Assembly (NCBI RefSeq): GCF_006345805.1
Contig: NC_042999.1
Coordinates: forward strand, 122,698,001-122,762,000
Direction of reading: 5' to 3'
Length of the DNA: 64,000 bases
Source: Octopus sinensis
Taxonomy: Eukaryota
The notes beneath the pieces are model-generated. The model did not search any database and had not been told where the DNA came from. It saw nothing but the letters and a program-made list of their open reading frames with translations. Positions 9,057 to 21,500 of the stretch are shown piece by piece. The position numbers were made by a program, and so were the translations under genes. The stretch's first letter is position 1, and every line of letters begins with the position of its first letter.

Positions 9057-12000
9057 CTAGCACTATGACCCAGCAACACTAGTGCAGCTCAAGAACGGTG
9101 AGCTTGTGTCTGTTCTGTGGTTTTGGCTGCCCTTGCATTGGCCATGGCAGCAGCATCTCAAGAACAGCAGGCCTGTGTTTGTTCTGCAGTTTCGGCTGCT
9201 CTTGCATTGGCCATGGCAGTGGCATTCCAAGCTACTCGAGTAGCTCTGTCTTGGGGTGCCTTATTAGCCCTTCTGGCCCTCTTAGCCTCTGAATCAGCTG
9301 TCCTTCTTCCAATGCAGGCTCTCTTCTTTCAGAGCATTTTGGCAATTTATTGGTTTTTGTGGACTAAGTGAGATAATTTGGGACAACTGATAAGCACATG
9401 ATTTTAAGTAATGGCAAAGCAATAATCAAAACGATAATGACAGAAGTGGTACACAAATGGAAAACAAAGGGCTATTTAAAAATAGCAAAAAATCGTAGTC
9501 AGGTTTCAAGCACAAAAACTATTTACTGTGCTTGTAAGTTGGTGAAAACAAAAAGCGTTGGCTGCTCGAAAGAAGCAGTAGTCAAAAAGTGATATCAAAC
9601 ACAAAAACGTCTATTATTTTTACTCAAAAATTGATGCGGAACTACGAAAAATTCTCTAATTAATACTTTGGTTAATCAAAAGAAGCAGTAATCAAAACGT
9701 GAACTGATATCAAGCACAAAAAGGCTATTTTTACACAAAAAAATTGGGGTCAAACTGCAGCAGATGCTTTAAGTGTTAATTGATGAGTTGCTAGGCAAAA
9801 ATATGGCCAGGCAACCCAAATAAAAGTGATAGGTAAAGTGGAATTTTATGAACAAAACTTGAGGTTTGTAATGGAACCCAAGCCATGAAGCATAATTGTG
9901 AAAAGCGTTTGAGTCTGGGCACCAAAGCATGCATCCTCATGCTTAATTAGCGCACTGAATCTTATTGGATAATGATCTAGTATGCACAAATCCAAGGCCA
10001 CGCGTCCAAGGTCAAATGTTTACATGTCCCTCAGTAGCATTGGCCAGTACACACACGCACGCACGCATAAGCACACATGTTCAAGATCATATGCAGTGCC
10101 ATGCTCATGCACATACATGACTAAGTGTCTACACAGGAAAACGCTTTTTGTGGTGTTTCATGCATGAGGAAATTAATTAGTGGAAAGTGGATTCAAGTTT
10201 TAAAAAATTAGGGCATTTGGGAAGTGGAAAAACCCAATCAATTTGCAGTAGCAAACAAAGAGCTTATTATGTGTAAGTTAAGGCTAAAAGAACACGGTTG
10301 TAATTCAATTTGAATGGGGAAGCCTGTAAGGGATTGTTATGGGCAAACTCTAATCAAATTAAGATTTCACGCACCATAAGTAATAACCTGAGTACCTTTG
10401 TCACCTGCTATGTAGATAGCGAATGATTCGACCTCAGGCTGAATGCAAACTCAACAAACGATGGTTATGTGTATTTTCAAAATCATGCTGTGGTGCAGTC
10501 AAATTCGAGTCTTTCACTTTCTTCTTCCTCCCTTTTTGTCTGACTATGACATGTGCACAGTCCCGCTAACTGAAAGCTTCATATCATGTGCTTATTGTTC
10601 ATTTCTAGTGTTTCATAAAAAAGTTGTTACTTAATCAAGGTAGTGCAGAAACACCGTATGACTCATGAGTTCTAGCCTTGAATTGTCTTAGGTACTGGTG
10701 TGCTTCTGTTTGGTTAGCTATAAAATAGGTAAGAACAAAACTCAGGCTTTTTACAGATAAAGATTGCTTCATTTTGTGCAAAAATCTCTTTCTTTGTTTT
10801 CAGAAATTATGTTTGCCTTTCCATCACATATCTTTTATAAAGCGTTTGACTGAGCCTCTGCAGATTCTGAGCCCATCCCAGAGGTACAGCTGCACTGGGT
10901 AATTAATCATCGCAAATTTGGCAGCTTTGTTGAAGGTGAAGGGGGAGCATGTTAGAAAATCGATAAAGACCACCATGAAAGCAAGGCTTCACCAACAAAA
11001 TGAAATGAATAATGAGGGCTGACAAAGTTTTCAAATTTCCTAGCAAGTGGAAAAATGTGACTGGAAATTAATTAGCATCTCAATTTTCACTTGTATCTCA
11101 AAACACAAAAGAATGAAATTTTGCTTAAGAAAGTTTTTGTATCTTAAGTCATTCGTACCTCAAATTAGGGCTTAAAGAAAAGGTTACAGTCAATTTAAAT
11201 GCGGAAACCCACAAGGAATAGTTTTATTGAGTTTCCACTGATTGATTGGCAATTTTGGTAAACTTGAATCAAATTAAGATTTCTTGTACCAAAAGGATCA
11301 CCCTGATAACCCTATGCCCCTGTTGTGTAGGTAGCAAATGATTTGATCATAGGCTGAATGCAAACAAGTAAACGTTTTCTTATGAAAATCCCTTGGGTGG
11401 GGTCAACTTACCCATTTTTCATTTTTAATCCTACTTGAATAAAACATCCTGGGCTCTCGCTGGATAATTTAAATCAACCGAAAGCATAAAAGCAAAGCCC
11501 TTCCTTCCTAGATAGATTCATAGAATAGGCTCCAACTGCTTTTGTAGCATATTTAATAAATGATAGCATATCAAGCATATTTGGTCTTTCTTGAAAATCC
11601 CACTCTCTTGTCATTCACTTGGTCTAACTCGTTAATTATTCCCTGCATTTCTCAAATCAAAAACGCATGCACGTTTGAAAGCCAAAACACATGATAACGC
11701 ATCTTCGCAAAACACAAAAATGCACTGAGTCATAGAGACTGTCTGCAAATGCGCATGCGCATTCAACTATCAAGGACAAAATTATCACCATCCAATCGAA
11801 AAGCAGCTGGCAATCTATTGGCATATCTAGCTGTACGTACCACGTACAAATTTCTATGTTTTAGCGATTTTGAATGGATATGCCCATAACTTATGGGCAT
11901 AAGGGGTCGGTTTATCGATTTTTTTAATGGCTTTCTGGGGTGACTGGGAAAATGAAAAGATCTTCACAATCACCCTCAGACAGTTTTGAAAGCCCATACT

Positions 12001-12062
12001 GTAGATTTGTATAAAGGACACACAGATACACAGACATTTTGCCATTTATATATATATATATA
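9057..12062 (-). mobile_element. non-autonomous Helitron derivative (~3 kb)
   Basis: On the minus strand it begins (TA)n-aaatggcaaaatgtctgtgtatctgtg, which is Helitron-like, and ends CTAG|T at 9060-9056. It has a subterminal palindrome at 11879-11901 and a decayed Rep-helicase-like N-terminus at 9337-9080. Confidence 0.65.
9080..9337 (-). pseudogene. decayed N-terminus of a Helitron-type protein with 23-aa repeats
   Basis: ML*KKRACIGRRTADSEAKRARRAN...AMANARAAETAEQTQACCS*DAAAMANARAAKTTEQTQAHRS*. The 69-bp repeat period is seen at 9125 vs 9194, and the stops are TGA at likely CGA positions. Confidence 0.6.
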
Positions 12063-12080
12063 CATGTCTGTGGTGGGTAT

Positions 12081-12126
<46 letters not shown>

Positions 12127-12189
12127 CATATTCATTATCATCATTCCATCCAAGCTTGGATAGGATATTGTTACAGAATCCAGCGAGAG

Positions 12190-12830
12190 AATTGAGGATG
12201 GCTGGGTAGATATGTGAGAGTGTGAAAGAGTGAGGGACTATAGGAAATGGGGACAGAGATGAATGCAGGAATTGGTCATGTTTCCACCCTATAGTCTGAC
12301 TCTCTTCATGGTGAATGAGGAATCTCAGTTAGGGCAAAGGAGAATAGGAGTGGATCTAGGAGAATGCAATCTGTGACAATACGTAAAAGTGGGGGATAGA
12401 GAAGAACAATATAATAAAGCCATACATAGACTAGAAATAGGGAGATGACATGGAGGTCAGAGGCACATAGGAGTGCATATAGAGAGTGACAAAAATGGTA
12501 TGGTGGGGGCATCGATGCTAGATATGAGAGAATGTTCAGAGAACAAGGGAGTTAAGTAGAAAATGAAGTGGTAAGGAATGATGTTGAGAATGCAGGATGG
12601 GTAACAAGGGAAATGGTTCCAAGATGAGGGATAACTAGTAGCACAAAATGGCATGATGGTGTGGAATATGAGCAGTTCTACTCTCATATAAATACAGCAG
12701 GTGAGAAAATAGTGTTTTATTCAGAAGGGTGAAGAAGGTATGGGTGTTACAAGGATGAGCCGTGACAAGCACAAGATTGGGTGTTGGGGCATAGACATTA
12801 ACCCTGTCACATCATATTTCAGCAATAACA
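12190..12830 (-). mobile_element. heavily decayed Penelope-like 3' region (probable)
   Basis: GA-rich + strand composition resembling the 20.3-21.5 kb GIY-YIG element; only weak motif traces remain. Confidence 0.3.
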
Positions 12831-12955
12831 AGAATAGGTTAAATGTCATCTCTGCAGGTCTCCAGTTAACACAGTAATGAACAACATACATAGAACAAAG
12901 AGATGCAACTGATTTTGTCTATTAGTTTTGCCTGCAATCATTGTTCTTGAGCTGT

Positions 12956-13170
12956 AAAGTGGCGAGCTGGCAGAACCATTAGCACACCAGGCAAAATATA
13001 TAGTGGTATTTTGCCTGTCCCCATATTCTGAGTTAAAATTCCACTGAGATTGACTTTGCCTTTCATCCTTTTGGGGTCGATAAATTAAGTACCAGTTGAG
13101 TACTGGGGTCCATGTAATCAACTATCTCCTGCCACCAAACTTCAGGCCTTCTACTTATAGTAGAAAGGAT
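12956..13170 (+). mobile_element. tRNA-derived SINE, family B
   Basis: ggcgagctggcagaa head, ctgagttaaaattcc B-box, ctttgcctttcatcctttt ggggtcgataaattaagtaccag core, and caggcctt...agtagaaagg tail. Confidence 0.85.
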
Positions 13171-13398
13171 ATATATATATGCAACTATTTACTTTTTTGC
13201 TCAGGAGCCCAAGTGGAGGCTGATGTCAGACATAGGGGCCCAGATCTGAAGGAGTTAACAATATGTTTTTAGAGCCTAAATTTTGTGAGAGATGGATGTG
13301 TCTTCTCAAGTAAGTCACCACTCTGGTCAATCCTTTGCCATATCCTCAATGGGTTCAACAATCTAAAGTTAATCTCCAAGTGTGTGTGTATGTATATA

Positions 13399-13447
<49 letters not shown>

Positions 13448-14146
13448 GTGTGTGTGTGTCTGTGTCATGGTGTTTACATAACATTAAAGGACAACTAAAC
13501 TCATATATTTTAACATAAAAATTTAGATTTGTGAGTGTTGGAATAGGAAGGAATGGTAAATAAAATAAGCCATGTCCTGAATAATGTCTGTAAAAGAGAA
13601 TTAGATATTGTTCAGATGGTTACTTTTTAATATTGTTAAGCAACAGTATATATAAACAGAATAGATTAACTGCTTAAAACAGCTTATAGTTAGTATAAGA
13701 AATTTAAACTGATATTTACATGCTTGTAAAATAAATTAAAAATAGGATATTAAGAGGACATACATCATAGAACTAATAAATAAAAGAAAGAAATATTACT
13801 TCATGTTCAAACTTTACTGTATTAACAGGGAAATTATGAGAAAAGAAAAGAGAAATAAATAAAAAAATTAAATGAGAAAAACTTATCGTGAGAGATCATA
13901 TACTGGTTGGAAAAGCCATCTGCAGGAAGTCTAAGGAATTAGAGAAAGATAAATTGAAATCATTTATTTAGATATAAGATTAAACAGTAAAAACAAAGAA
14001 GTTTAACAGTGTTTGAATTATACAGGTTCAATGCTATGGATTACCAGCTAGGAAAATAAAATAAATAAAGGTTAATAATATTCATAGTGTATGTATCATA
14101 ATACAGACTCTGAGATTTATGAGTGCATAATGTGTGTGTATGTATT

Positions 14147-14179
<33 letters not shown>

Positions 14180-14194
14180 TTGTTTGTTTGTATA

Positions 14195-14434
14195 GTGGAG
14201 GCATGTAGCTTAGTGGTTAGGGTGTTGGACTCATGATTGTGGTTTCGATTCCTGGACCGGGCAATGTGTTGTGTTCTTGAGCAAAGCACTCATGTCACAT
14301 TGCACCAGTCCATGAAGCTGGCAAAAAGGAGTAATACTGTGACAAAATTGGTGTCCAGTCCAGGTGAGGAGTTTATACATCACTGAAACCGGGAAACTGG
14401 CCCCTATGAGCCTGGCATGGCTTGAGAAGGAAAC
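14195..14434 (+). mobile_element. tRNA-derived SINE, family C
   Basis: tagcttagtgg A-box, gtttcgattcc B-box, and gtgttcttgagcaaagcac core. Confidence 0.8.
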
Positions 14435-14452
14435 ATTTCTTCTTCTTTGATA

Positions 14453-14489
<37 letters not shown>

Positions 14490-14527
14490 AAGTATGTATA
14501 TACATATCATATGTATGTGTGTGTATG

Positions 14528-14561
<34 letters not shown>

Positions 14562-14988
14562 ATATACAAATGTATGTATCCAGCTGTTGGTGGTCCAAAC
14601 TGGAAATGCAATTTATGTGGGTGTCTTTTCGAAACATTGTCTGGTTTAAAAAGCAACATCAGATGCCATGATGGTTCTAAGGTGTTGGTACAGGAGGTGA
14701 TCAAACTCTGCATTAGGAGTAGACAACCACCATATATATATGTATGTATATGTGTGTGTGTGTATATATATATATATGTTTGTATACATACATGTACATA
14801 TGCACTGTACATAATGACTCACTTTAAAAGCCTGTAATTTCGATTTACCTGATATATAACCTTATTAATTATATAGTATGTCCCAACTCTTAGGAATATG
14901 AGATAGCTTGACAGAGTATGTATCATTGTATGTATATGTCTGAATATCATCTGCGTATGTATGTGTATGAATATGGATGTGTTTATAT

Positions 14989-15042
<54 letters not shown>

Positions 15043-15264
15043 AATAATGATATAGATTGAAACAAAATTATGAACTTCTACTATTTATGAAATTACTATT
15101 TTGTGCGTAAGCATGTGTATGTGAAGATATGTGTATAACTGTATGCATGTGTCTAAGAATATTTATTTGAGGTGTATGTATATGTTGGTGCCATTATCAG
15201 TCTTCTAGGAATGGCAATGTGTTTCTGAATGTGCTGTGCATGTAGTTTCAAAAGATTAGGCCTT

Positions 15265-15340
15265 TTTGCTATGTACCTAAATACTTCTAGCTTTGCTATG
15301 TACCTAAATACTTCTAGCTTTGCTATGCACCTAGATACCT
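15265..15340. repeat. 27-bp minisatellite, about 2.8 units
   Basis: tttgctatgtacctaaatacttctagc twice plus a diverged third unit. Confidence 0.9.
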
Positions 15341-16108
15341 TTCCAACAAATCTGGCTTCCTATCTTGATATTGAAGCCCCTGTTTATTTTTCTTTACTTT
15401 TGCTCATTTTCTTCTTACTTTTCATTCTATTTATATGTTTGTATATTTGTTCATTTATTTATCTTATTCTCTAATGTTTATCATATGGTTTATTCATTTA
15501 AGTACAACAGGGTGGTTAACCAAATCTTTGGAAAGCAAATCTTTGATAAACTTGTTCTTTTTCACTTTATATATCATTTAAAAAAAAATTTATTACATTG
15601 TATTTATTTAATATATTTTATTGTATTTTTTTTACTGAATTCATATTGTTATCACTTCATTAATGCACTCCATATACGGTAACTCTAGTATTTGTAAAGA
15701 GTGAAATCTGCCAAATACATTTATTGTCTGTAACTATTATGATGCAACTCTTCGCAATTTATAGCAGAGTCTGGTGTTTCAACAGCTGAAATGCAAACGG
15801 TGACATAACTATTTGTAGCTGGGCTGCAATCAGTGATGTTTATCGACATTTCCTGTCAACATATGTGGGTTCCTGTCAACAGAGCAGGTGTGGGTTGACG
15901 ACAAGAAGACCATCCAGCCATAAAGTTCATACTTCACATTCCTCCTTATCTAACTATTGCTAGCATAGAGAAATATATTAGACAAACCAACAAATATAGA
16001 TAGATAGATAGATAGAAATATGTATATACATACACACAATATCTATATTATATGTAATTATATATGCTATCTATTTATCTATCTATCTACCTATCTATCT
16101 ACCTATCC

Positions 16109-16142
<34 letters not shown>

Positions 16143-16143
16143 A

Positions 16144-16187
<44 letters not shown>

Positions 16188-16204
16188 CATTTATCTATCT
16201 ACCT

Positions 16205-16897
16205 GCAGCCAACAACTGGTGAAGAGTTGTTCTTATGTTGTTTGTTTTGTTTTCCTTTTGTGTCTTTTGTTGTTCGAAAGAACAGTTCATGTTCCATGTA
16301 CTCATGCTTTGTACGTTTTAGTTGTACACATTTCGTGACGTCTTGTACCCACATATGCATATATATATTTATACATATAGATGTAAGTATGTACATATAT
16401 GTATGTATATATTTATATATATATATATATTATTTATATCATTGTATGGTAGAATGCCATGCATCCTCTTCTAAGTAACTTTTATCTTAATATTTCTGAT
16501 GCGCACTCTATATGAACTATTTACTCTTTCCTTTTTCTCTCTTTTTCTCTCTCTTATTCTTTTACCTCCTTTTCTACCACTATTCTATCCTATTACTTTG
16601 TCAATCTCTCTCCCTTGCTCATGTGGCTCCCACGTGACCATCAACCATCTTTCTCTCACTTGTACCCGGAACAAAGAAGATGCGTTCTTGTTTGTCTCCT
16701 GTCCAAGCTTGATTTACGCATTTGCCACTACAACCTCATTTAGGCTTAGCAGCCCTTCCTGTTTGTTTTCACTGTTCTGTTTGTGTTACCAATTTTGACA
16801 CTCCACAAAATCCCAAATTTTATTTAATTTGCTTTGCGGGAGCAACTGTTTCATCGAAAGCATATATATTGTTGTTAACTGCTCGAAATATTTGCCA
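16205..16897 (+). mobile_element. Penelope-type terminal-repeat region, modules in permuted order relative to 4480-4775
   Basis: Both modules of the 4.5 kb copy are present but in the opposite order, separated by microsatellite and CT-rich sequence. Confidence 0.5.
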
Positions 16898-17194
16898 AGC
16901 ATGAACAAAAGCGGATGAAAAATATTGATTTTACATGAGATCAAGCTGATAGTCAGTCACATAAATATATACATGTACAAACACACACACCTCATCTAAT
17001 ATACTGCAAGTGATATTTTCCACGGAAATCGGAGAGGGGTGGGGTAGGGTGGTCCCGCAGAAATCCCCCCTCACCTTACCCATTTGGGCCCCACACCGCC
17101 TAAGACTGGGACTGGCCCTGTGTATATATATATATATATGTGTGTGTATGTATGTATATATATATATATATATAATCAATCCCCCAAAAAACAA

Positions 17195-17380
17195 AGAACA
17201 AACAAAAGAAAAACAACAACATGAGCACGTGGTACACACAAAGGATTAGCAGATGCTCAGAGAAGAAAAGAAAGGTAATTTTACGTTTCAAGTAAAGCTC
17301 TTCATCAGAAACAGGAGACAGAAGAAAGCCCAAGAGAAAAGGAAAACAGGGAAAAAATCGCCAACGATCCACATGTGGTT
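17195..17380 (-). mobile_element. Penelope-type terminal-repeat fragment
   Basis: Contains a hammerhead motif on the minus strand and is flanked by (AT)n. Confidence 0.5.
17278..17312 (-). ncRNA. minimal type I hammerhead ribozyme motif
   Basis: GUUU-CUGAUGA-A-GAGC UUU ACUU-GAAACGUA^-AAAU: intact core, palindromic ACGU stem III and GUA triplet; stem II is weakened. Confidence 0.6.
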
Positions 17381-17385
17381 ACATT

Positions 17386-17452
<67 letters not shown>

Positions 17453-17460
17453 GCACACAC

Positions 17461-17491
<31 letters not shown>

Positions 17492-17527
17492 TAGACACAT
17501 ATATATATACATCTGGATATGTATATA

Positions 17528-17572
<45 letters not shown>

Positions 17573-18019
17573 TTACATATACATCTGTGTGTGTGAGAGA
17601 GGCAACATCGAATGGGGTAGATGGTAGGACATGATCCACTCCTTGAAATGAATAGATCCTGTCAAATTGTGTGGATATTTACAGCCTATGGTAACCACTG
17701 TTACAATTAGTGACATAACCATTTGTGAATTGGCTGCAATCAGTGACATTTATTGACATTTCCTGAGTTTTCAATTTCCTGTGGAATTAAACTACCCTTC
17801 CTGAAAAGCATGCTAGTACTTAAGGTAGTATATATGCATGTATGTATGGATGGATGGATGTAAGGGTGTGTGTGTGTGTGCGCATGAGTGCAGGTATTCG
17901 TGTGTGTATGTATGCATGCATGTATGTATGTATGACTGTGTTCATATGTACATGCAAAAATGTATGTATTTATATCTAACTATATATATGTATATATATA
18001 CACACACATACAGGTGTGA

Positions 18020-18097
<78 letters not shown>

Positions 18098-19174
18098 TTA
18101 CCGATCTATCTATATATCTAACAATCTACCTATCTATTCAATCTATCTATCTCTCTATATGAAAGGAATATATAGACATATATGTATGTATGTATGTATG
18201 TTTGTGTGTCCATGTACTAGCAGATAATAGTTTTTTTTATTTGTGTGTGTGCACATGTGTATGCATGTTCTTCCATTGAATATTATTTGTTATTTATTAA
18301 TTTCATTTTCCTAGCAACTAATCCATAGTATTGAATCAGCACAATCAAAACCAAGACATTGCTTTTCTTTTTCCTTTTTCTATTCTTTTTTTTTCTGAAT
18401 AAGTTTGCATATAACTTACTTTATTTCATTTTATCTTATCCTACGTCTGTGAACTTCCTGCAGATGGTTTTTTCTTACCCTCATCCTTTCTAGTTGAGTG
18501 GCTATCATATTCCATGATAAGCCCTTTGCATTATTCTTTTACTTTTTATATTCATATTGTTCATACATTAGTTGTACATATATACGTACTCATTTCTCCT
18601 CATTAATTCTATATGTGGAATTTTGTAAAATTTGCGGGGTTTTTTTTTCATATTATTTTACATATTTATCTGCTAATCAAACTATGCAAATATTGTCTAT
18701 ATTTCTTATATCAACTCCTAGTTTTTGTGTACATATTTAACCTATATACATAAATTACAATACGATATATGATTATAACCATTAACTTAACTTAGTCACA
18801 TAATGCTAAATTCTGTTTACAAATGCACAGTTCACTACATGATATTTACAGTTTTCTCCTCTGCATTTACAAACCTAAAATTTAAATGTCTAAATAGATA
18901 AGAATGTCATCTTTCCCCTTTCCCTCATCCTATCTTTTAGCCTTAACTATTCTCCTGGACTCTAAATTTTCAAACCCTGCTTTATTTAGACTGTCCATGG
19001 ATTTATCTTCTAGCAATATCTTACCTATAATTGAATTTGATTCACAATATTGATGCTCTCCAGTCTTCTCTTTGACATAAAATAGCTCTTTTTCCCTAAT
19101 AATTTCCTGCCATCAGGTTCACATTGATCTTGTCCCTTATTTAATAGCTTATATACATACTTGCATACATACAG

Positions 19175-19223
<49 letters not shown>

Positions 19224-19278
19224 ATAAAAATGGTAAGACAACAAAAGAAAGAAAGAGACCTCGATAAGTAGAGGAATT

Positions 19279-19519
19279 TATCTGTAAATGTAATATGTGA
19301 CAATTATTCGGTAGTCATGATAAAACTCCAAGTTTTGGATGCCGAGGTAGAAATCCACGCTGCCATCTCTTCGGTTATCCGGCCATCAGATTTTTTCATA
19401 GCATTTTTCTGATGGCTGGATAACTGAAAAGTTGGCGGCATGGATTTCCACCTTGACATCCGAAACTCAGAGTTTTATCATGGCTACCAAATAATTGTCA
19501 CATATTACATTTACAGATA
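19279..19519. repeat. 112-bp inverted repeat (17-nt loop) of a Penelope-type terminal repeat
   Basis: Arms 19279-19390 and 19408-19519 match at 98 of 112 positions; 13 of the 14 differences are transitions. Each arm holds a damaged hammerhead core. Confidence 0.9.
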
Positions 19520-19675
19520 TATATATATATCGTTTATAGAAAATAATAAATCCAGAGAAGAAGCACACTCTAAGAAGTAGAGCAGTCTATATTTTTCCTG
19601 GTGAAGGCCAGTTATGAGGTTACTCTGAGTTTCCCATCCATAAAGGGATTAACTTCATGATGTCTTGTCAGAGCC

Positions 19676-19739
19676 CAAGACCTGTTGGCCTATGACCTCT
19701 TTAAAATATTTTAAAGAGGTCATAGGCCAACAGGTCTTG
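19676..19739. repeat. perfect 64-bp palindrome, no spacer
   Basis: caagacctgttggcctatgacctctttaaaat|attttaaagaggtcataggccaacaggtcttg. Confidence 0.97.
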
Positions 19740-20759
19740 AGATCTGATGATAAGCCATAAAGTTAAACCCTTTATGGACAAGAAACCCAGGGTAATCCCA
19801 TAAATCAGCTTTTGCCATGAAAAAAAATATATATATGGTTCAAAATTGTATAAAAAGCAAAAAGCAGAGACAGGTGAGGTAACTACAAACAAGACGTATT
19901 AGCTTCATGCTCAGGCAAAATGCAAGAGTCTTTGATGTTTCAAGCATATGCTCTTCTTCAGAAAGCAATGAGGTGAGAAAAGAGATGGTGAGATGGAGAA
20001 ATAAATTGGAGAGAGAAAAAAAACGTCTGGATTAGTGAGTGCACATGTTGAATTGACTGGAAGGAAATGATTGAAGAGAAGAGTGGTTAGAGAGATAACA
20101 GTAGCCTTGCTAAAAATGTGTGTGTGTGTATGTGCGCTGGAATGTGTGAGGCTATCAGATGTGTGTAAAAGGCAGTGGAACATATGTGTGTTTGTGCATA
20201 AAGTGTGTGTGTGTGACACTGTTGTGTGCTTGTTTATTATGTGTGTTTATGTGTGAATATTGTGTTTGAGTGCATGTATGTATGTGAGAATGCGTATCAG
20301 ATGGTGTGCTTAAATGGGACTATGGGATAAAGTGTTTATATATGGAGTTGATATGTATATGTACATTCTGTGTTTGTGCATGTGTAATTATGTGTAAGAG
20401 TGATTGTGTATGTGAGGCTATCTGACATATATGTGTGTTGTAGGGGAATCTATGGTAGTCTACTAGGATAGAAGCATGAGGTGAAATTGCAGTGACAGGA
20501 GGTAGGAACTGGGAGTGTGGGTATGTGACTATATACATGCTACAATATGTGGGAGAATGCTGATGCTGGTGTGTAGTGGGAAGGAGTGTGTGTGCATGTC
20601 CATGTGTATAGGTGTGTATATATATATATATATGCTGTAGTGGTATGGAGTGAGTACTGAGTATAATAGTGTAAAGAATGTGAGAAGTGTAGAGGAAGAG
20701 GAGTGGAAGGTGAGGTTTGTGTGGTCTGTGTAAGCATTTACACAGAAGCAGGTTTAAAT

Positions 20760-21500
20760 GAAGGGGAGCAATGGATTGAGACCATATGGGATTGAGGAAT
20801 GCAGAGAGAAAATAAATTCCTGTTCTCAATGGAGGTGGGAGTCTGGGTGACCTCTGTACAAGGCCAGTCCAAATGCAAATTGATGTTGTAGCAAGTGACT
20901 GGAGGAGCTGAAGTGATACAAGACTGAGATGTCATTGCCAAGTCTGATGTCTCAGAGATGTTCAGCAAACAGATAGCTAATTGCCAGCCAGTTTGACCAA
21001 TGTATAGAATATTACATAGAGAGCAGAGGATACAGTAGATTACACTGCTGGAGATGTAGGTGTATGAATCAGTGATGTGGAGGGGCAGTGCTAGATTCCA
21101 GAAAGGTGGGGTTAAGTGTGGAAGTGCAAGGAAAGGTGCGAGCAAGTAAGGAACCAGGTTGGATGCCAGGAATGGGGAAGAAACTATTGACTAGAAGGTC
21201 ACAAATGTTATGGGCACATTTGAAGGAGGGGTGGGTTGAAGAAGATATGGGAGATGTAAGTGTCAGGTCTGAATGGGCAGAAATCCTGAAGAATGGTCCG
21301 TTGAAGGAGTAGGATGGAGGGGTTGTGGGTGAGCAGGAAAGAGAGGCATATAAAGGTGAGATAGATATAGGGAGAGAGAGTAGATGCACAGTCAACAGAT
21401 CAGGCACATGTGAATGTGGTTGGGATAATAGTTGGGGTACTTCTTTTGGGTGAAATGGTGAGCCATGTGTTCAGACTGTCTTGAACCATGCCTTTGGGAA
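20760..21500 (-). mobile_element. Penelope-like element fragment encoding a decayed GIY-YIG endonuclease
   Basis: ITDSYTYISSSVIYCILCSLCNILYIGQTG in ORF 20738-21145, preceded by PGSLLARTFPC. Both match Penelope-type EN context. Confidence 0.75.

Noticed and set aside
17030-17052. G-quadruplex-like ggagaggggtggggtagggtgg
   Set aside because: It has only three runs of three or more G and lies in a small GC-rich repeat fragment with no functional context.
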